64,000 nucleotides of DNA, taken from assembly GCA_965198115.1 (NCBI GenBank), contig OZ240241.1, positions 256,001 to 320,000 on the forward strand, read 5' to 3'. Positions 59,402-64,000 of this stretch are shown piece after piece. Position numbers and translations under genes: made by a program. The DNA is from Candidatus Latescibacterota bacterium. GTDB taxonomy: Bacteria > Latescibacterota > UBA2968. The notes under the pieces were generated by a model. It was not told the DNA's origin and searched no databases. It worked only from the letters and a program-made list of their open reading frames with translations. Position 1 is the stretch's first letter, and every line of letters begins with the position of its first letter.

Positions 59402-60679
59402 TCAGGGGGACCGGAAGAGGTCCGCGTATGTTTCGGGTGTTTCGAAGATACCGCCGCTCTGGTCGTAATAGGTGGCATCGAGCGTAAAAGCCCCGTTCGC
59501 GGGACGCAGCCACGTTCCGTCGACCGGGTAGTCTGCCAGAAGGCGATTCCACGCACCGTAGGTCTCTGGACCGTTCGATTCCATCAGGCCGCCGTAGAGC
59601 CCGGGGAAACGCGGGAGCCGGGCAGCGATATTCTTGTTCCATTCGACGAGGGTCGGGACGCACCCGTTGTCGGCGACGAGGCACTCGAGGCCCGCGTCGC
59701 TGGCTGCCCGCACCATTTCGAACGCGAGCGAAAGGGTTTTGCCGGCGGGTTTAATGGCGACGGCGCCGTAGCCCTGTTTGGCGCGGAACCCGATGTCTTC
59801 GACCGTGTGGACGCTTTCGTCCGCGGCACACAGCGCGGGCAGGTCGGCTACGTTGACATCGACTGAATCGCTGAACGGCTCTTCGATGAGGATGATTCGA
59901 TCCAAGGCGTCGATGGTTTCCGCGTGGGCGAGGAGGCCGGCGATCGACGCTTTCTCGCGGTAGCGTCCGTTGGCGTCCAGATGGTAGAGGACGCGACCTG
60001 ATTCAGTTCGATCGGTTCGACAATCCTTTGCCAGGCTGTGGATCTGTGACAGCCACGCCTTGTCCTTTTCGAGCATCTGTTGCTCATCGCCCGGGTGGCC
60101 GATCTTGATCTTGAGGACGTGGGCGCCGGCTTCGATCAGCGCGTCCAGTTCGTCCATAGGTAAGTTATAGTTCACGGCGGGAGCAATCACCAGGTGATCC
60201 TGGTGGTGGGAAAGATTTGGGGCTGCCCAGTTCGGGATGAGGTCATCGAATCGGGTGATGCCGTTTTCCTTGGCGTAAAGAAGCCAGGCGGAGTTGTCGA
60301 GCGCGACGAGCGCGGTCAGCACGAATGTGAGTCGGAGGGTGTTGCGTCCGGTGATACGGCAACCGTATTCGTGGGCGATGGGGAGGACGTCACCGAGGAT
60401 CGAAGGCGGGTCTGCGTAATCGTGTCCGGTGACGTGTTGAAGCGCGTGCTCGAGCACGGCCGACTGTAGAAGGTTTCCGCCCACCTCCGTGTGTGTGGTG
60501 AAGACGTCCGGGTCGGACCACAAAACGGCGAGTCCGCCGATGCCGATCGCCTCGTGGCCGTTCTCAGAACGGAGACGGACAACACAGTTCCATTTCTCGT
60601 GGAAAGCCGATCCTTTGAATCCGAAGGGTCGTGCGAACGGTTCGCGCTGGATTTCGAGGTCGGATGAGGTGATAATCAT
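59402..60679 (-). CDS. Enolase-superfamily protein (L-Ala-D/L-Glu epimerase-like)
   Basis: PFGFKG, LKIKIG, LDANGRY, IEEPF, ADES, AIKPAGK. Confidence 0.85.
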   Translation of the reverse strand: MIITSSDLEIQREPFARPFGFKGSAFHEKWNCVVRLRSENGHEAIGIGGLAVLWSDPDVFTTHTEVGGNLLQSAVLEHALQHVTGHDYADPPSILGDVLPIAHEYGCRITGRNTLRLTFVLTALVALDNSAWLLYAKENGITRFDDLIPNWAAPNLSHHQDHLVIAPAVNYNLPMDELDALIEAGAHVLKIKIGHPGDEQQMLEKDKAWLSQIHSLAKDCRTDRTESGRVLYHLDANGRYREKASIAGLLAHAETIDALDRIILIEEPFSDSVDVNVADLPALCAADESVHTVEDIGFRAKQGYGAVAIKPAGKTLSLAFEMVRAASDAGLECLVADNGCVPTLVEWNKNIAARLPRFPGLYGGLMESNGPETYGAWNRLLADYPVDGTWLRPANGAFTLDATYYDQSGGIFETPETYADLFRSP

Positions 60680-60682
60680 TTG

Positions 60683-61286
60683 ATGAAACGAAAAACATTC
60701 TTCGTGGGGATCGCGGGTGGATCAGGGGCTGGTAAAACTACGCTGGCCGACGCGCTGCATCGTGCGTGGGGCGAGGAGCGCAGCGTGGTGATTCCGCACG
60801 ACGCGTACTATCGCGATCTGTCGAATCTGACTCTCGCCAAACGGGCGGAGCAGAACTTCGACGCCCCGGAGGCGCTGGAGACGGCGTTGCTGGTCTCGCA
60901 CTTGGACCGTCTCGCAGAGGGAAGGGCCATCGATCGGCCGACTTACGATTTTGAACGACACGTGCGGACGGATCGCCGGGTTACGGTCGAGCCTGTAGAC
61001 GTGATTGTCGTCGAGGGAATCCTGGTGCTTTCGGAGTCGGCGCTTTGCGAGCGGTTCGACCTCAAGGTCTACGTCGACGCGGACTGACATTCGACTGTTG
61101 CGTCGTCTCGAGCGGGACGTGGCGGAACGCGGCCGGGACATCCGGTCCGTGGCGGAGCAGTATCGGTCATCCGTTAAGCCGATGCACGAGGCGCACGTCG
61201 AGGGCAGTAGAGATCGTGCGGATGTGATCGTGCCGGGGGAGGGCGATCTGGATCGGGCTGTTGAAGTGATCGCCGCGTACTTCTAA
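60683..61286 (+). pseudogene. udk: Uridine kinase, frameshifted near 61085
   Basis: GIAGGSGAGKTT, HDAYY, NFDAPEA, PTYDF, VEGIL, LKVYVD; DIRLLRRLERDVAERGR..VKPMH..ADVIVP in the next frame. Confidence 0.9.
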
Positions 61287-61288
61287 TC

Positions 61289-61417
61289 AACACGAAGGCA
61301 CGAAGACACGAAGGAGAGACAGGGCACTGGCCCGATTTCTCGGCTGCCTGACGAGCCAGTCCTTTCATTCCCGAACCGATCGTCTCCTTCGTCTGGTTTT
61401 CTTCGCGTCTTCGTGTT
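61289..61417. repeat. Inverted pair of CACGAAG periodic repeats between convergent genes
   Basis: AACACGAAGGCACGAAGACACGAAGG (61289-61314) and CTTCGCGTCTTCGTGTT (61401-61417). Confidence 0.7.
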
Positions 61418-62414
61418 AATCGCCGGTTGACGTATCCACGGTTCGGATGTCGTCCGCGCGTCGGTCGATGGTCGGGAAACCGACGTTCTTGTCGATTTCG
61501 TTCTGCAGCGGTTCGCCGGCCATGAACCGTACGAGATTCTCGCAGAAGAATCCAACTGTGCGATGATGACGCTTCGGGGATGAACCCGCCGCGTGGGGTG
61601 TGACTAACACGTTTTCCATATCCCACAGGGGGCTGTCCGCTGGCAGGGGTTCTTTCTCGAATACATCGAGTCCGGCGCCCGCGATTTCTCCAGCTTTGAG
61701 CGCGTCGATGAGCGCTGCTTCGTCCACGATGCCGCCACGTGCGGTGTTGACGAGGTAAGCGCTCTTTTTCATGTGCTTGAGCAGGTCGGCGTTGATCAGC
61801 TTGTCCGTCTCGGGTGTGTGCGGGCACGCGATGAAGACGATGTCGGCCTGTTCGACGACGTCGTTGAGTCGACTCATGTCCCAGAGCGCCTCGACGTGGT
61901 CGGGCTTGTCTCCGCCTTGCACATCGAGCGCGAGGATTCGGGACTGGAAGGCCGCGCATTGCTCCGCGTATTTTCGTCCGATGCCTCCGAACCCGATGAT
62001 CCCAATGGTACAGTTATAGAGGTCGTCGAGGACGGGACGTTTCCACTCGTGATTGCGCTGGAAGACGACCGACTGGTGTAGCCCTCTAATTAGGGCCATC
62101 GTCAGCGCGAAAGCCTGCTCCGCGACCTGGATGGCGTGAACACCGCTGGCGTTGCAGAGCGCGATGTCGCTGTCTTTGAGCTCGGGTGGGATGCGACTGC
62201 CGTCCATCCCGGCGCTGGTGGTCTGGATCCACTTGAGCGATCCCATTCCCGCGCGGACCATCTCCCGGTTGTAGTTGCCGAAAACGATGTCGGTTCCAGC
62301 CATTTCGGCGACGGCTTCCTCGCTGTCACACATAATGACTTCTGCGTCTGGTGCGGTGTCTTTGACTTTCTGTAGCAGGGCCTCTTCGACGGGGGGATTG
62401 AGGATGATTTTCAT
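61416..62414 (-). CDS. D-2-hydroxyacid dehydrogenase
   Basis: WIQTTSAG, NASGVH..QVAE, IGFGGIG, LVNTARG, AGLDVFEKEPL, TPHAAG. Confidence 0.93.
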   Translation of the reverse strand: MKIILNPPVEEALLQKVKDTAPDAEVIMCDSEEAVAEMAGTDIVFGNYNREMVRAGMGSLKWIQTTSAGMDGSRIPPELKDSDIALCNASGVHAIQVAEQAFALTMALIRGLHQSVVFQRNHEWKRPVLDDLYNCTIGIIGFGGIGRKYAEQCAAFQSRILALDVQGGDKPDHVEALWDMSRLNDVVEQADIVFIACPHTPETDKLINADLLKHMKKSAYLVNTARGGIVDEAALIDALKAGEIAGAGLDVFEKEPLPADSPLWDMENVLVTPHAAGSSPKRHHRTVGFFCENLVRFMAGEPLQNEIDKNVGFPTIDRRADDIRTVDTSTGD

Positions 62415-62494
62415 GAGGTCTCCGTTTAAGGTCGTGCAGTGAGAAGGCAGCAGTGAGAAAGGCCTTGTTTCGTGACCGTGTTATAGGGCCGGTT

Positions 62495-62519
62495 CCCTTC
62501 GGCTGCGCTCAGGACAAGC
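62495..62519. repeat. Free-standing REP-like unit CCCTTCGGCTGCGCTCAGGACAAGC
   Basis: Same family as the intragenic units at 34816 and 35395; sits inside the inverted arms GGCCGGTTCCC..GGGAACGGGCC. Confidence 0.6.
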
Positions 62520-62537
62520 GGGAACGGGCCTTCTTGA

Positions 62538-63452
62538 TCACGTCAGCTCGGCGACCAATTGCTTCAGGTAATCGCAGCTTTTCCTGTCGCCGTAGTAGGG
62601 ATCGCCCACCCGCATGCCTTCGACAATGATGGTGCCGTCGAATCCGCCTTGGATCATTGCAGTGAGGGCAAAGCAGTAGTCGATGTCCCCGTCGGGCAAT
62701 GGCGTCTGGAGGAAGATGGCGCGCTCGAGCTCGGGAAAGTAGACGCGCTTCAGATTCTTGCAATGCCAGTAGTGGTTGGAGACCGGGGCGATGTCGTGTA
62801 TGGCCTGCTCGCTCGTCTCGTGCGGGTTGTCCCAGGTCCAGTAGATGTTGCCCAGGTCGGGGTTGATCGAGAGGTTGGGTCGGTCGACGAGCGTGTGGAT
62901 TTTTCGAGCCGCCCACGTGGTGTCGAAGATCGAGTGTTGGTGGATCTCAATCGAGATGCCGATGCCCAGGTCGGCAGCGCGGTCGGCGAAGCCGCGTAGA
63001 GCGTCTGCGCTGATCTCGTAGTCCTGTTGGGACGCGGCTTCGCTGGAACCCTGGGAGACGGTTTCGCCCGTGAGCGAACCCGGTTGTGCGGGGTCGGTTC
63101 CCGCGCCCATGCTGGAGTTGACGATGGGGGAACCGATCCACGAGGCGAACTGGATCGCCCCTTCCCATCGTTTTTTCGTTACCTCGCCGGTTCGCGGGTT
63201 GGCTACGCTCCCCCCACCGCGAATGCCAAACACACTGAGGCCCGCGTCGGTGACTTCCTTCGCGATATCCTTGACGTTGGCCTCATTGCTCACCATCCCG
63301 TCGGGCAGTTCGTGACCCATCTCGAACCCGACGAAGCCCATCTCCTTGACTTTCTTCAGCCATCGACCGCGGATCGCCTTCGGCATCAGGTTCGTGCCAC
63401 GGCCGAAGTGCGGGTAGGAGGCCTCGCGTCGAAAACCGTATGCGATGTTCAT
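62538..63452 (-). CDS. Sugar phosphate isomerase/epimerase (xylose-isomerase-like TIM barrel)
   Basis: GFVGFE, ISIEIH, INPDLGN, WHCKN, GDIDY, GFDGTIIVE. Confidence 0.85.
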   Translation of the reverse strand: MNIAYGFRREASYPHFGRGTNLMPKAIRGRWLKKVKEMGFVGFEMGHELPDGMVSNEANVKDIAKEVTDAGLSVFGIRGGGSVANPRTGEVTKKRWEGAIQFASWIGSPIVNSSMGAGTDPAQPGSLTGETVSQGSSEAASQQDYEISADALRGFADRAADLGIGISIEIHQHSIFDTTWAARKIHTLVDRPNLSINPDLGNIYWTWDNPHETSEQAIHDIAPVSNHYWHCKNLKRVYFPELERAIFLQTPLPDGDIDYCFALTAMIQGGFDGTIIVEGMRVGDPYYGDRKSCDYLKQLVAELT

Positions 63453-63471
63453 CGTTTTACCCCTCAAGTTA

Positions 63472-63508
63472 CATCGAATGTCGAGGATCGAACATTGACA
63501 GTCGGGAC
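63472..63508. repeat. 7-bp periodic repeat
   Basis: ATCGAAT-GTCGAGG-ATCGAAC-ATTGACA-GTCGGGA. Confidence 0.55.
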
Positions 63509-63513
63509 GTCAT

Positions 63514-64000
63514 CTACACGCGATGGTGCTTGATACCCTTTCCTGCCTCTATGCCTTTGATCCAACGCCGACACCATTCGTCGTAGTCGTTCTGGACGCT
63601 CGACGGATTGTGCCTGCTCTGTATAATGAACTCGGGATGGGAGGGTCGCCCCGTCGGCGTGCCGGTTTTCTGGAATCGGAGATCTATCGTCCAGCGGACA
63701 TAGTCCGAGCAATTTGGCTGACCTCTGTGGGGGGTGTAGGCGCTAAAGAAAAAGAAGATCCCCACGGTTCATGACACAATCGAAGAGCTCGACCTCGGGC
63801 ATCAAATGGGGCTTGATGCGTGTGCCACCCTCCGCTTCGTGCTGGAGGAATCCAGCCTTCGTGATGCCGGGCAGGATCTGAAGGCATCCACTTTCCGGAC
63901 TGACATCGACCAGGGGAATCCAGACGGTCAGGATCTCGGAGGCGTCCGCTTCTTCCTGCGTCACGCCCTGGTCCTGGTGCCACGGCACCTGGCCCGGCTG
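63514..64000 (-). pseudogene. PhyH-family dioxygenase (runs off the window; frameshift in a T-run near 63750)
   Basis: VPWHQD, TVWIPLVD..SGCLQILPG, GDLL; FSAYTPHRG.PN..VRWTIDLRFQ in the next frame. Confidence 0.85.

Overview
Bacterial, GC-rich chromosomal window with a catabolic gene repertoire. It holds ten PhyH-type Fe(II)/2-oxoglutarate oxygenase genes or fragments, two sulfatases, several beta-propeller glycosidase-like proteins, two enolase-superfamily enzymes, two D-2-hydroxyacid dehydrogenases, mmsA/iolA, udk, a PurO-like cyclohydrolase, an orphan flagellin and a propeller-type histidine kinase. This repertoire resembles Latescibacterota/Poribacteria-like organisms (inference only). 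The middle of the window is dense in insertion sequences: two IS256 types (four copies), IS1182, two ISL3, ISAzo13, IS630 and an ISL3-like MITE, most with readable terminal repeats and target duplications, and two of them nested. Many genes carry single frameshifts, several in homopolymer runs, so sequencing error is likely for part of them. The most notable observations are: (1) four PhyH paralogues whose iron-binding HxD motif is replaced by HxG/HxA, the signature of Fe/2OG halogenases; (2) REP-like palindromes inserted in frame, some nested inside each other, at the same loop of successive propeller repeats of the sensor kinase; (3) an integrase-less array of attC-like sites carrying an APH(3')-like gene, next to an alginate-lyase/PhyH fusion; (4) an isolated perfect 39-bp copy of an IS630 active-site segment in a patchwork intergenic region; (5) families of 9-bp and 7-bp periodic intergenic repeats. 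No rRNA, tRNA or CRISPR array was seen. All calls were made by eye, without database searches.
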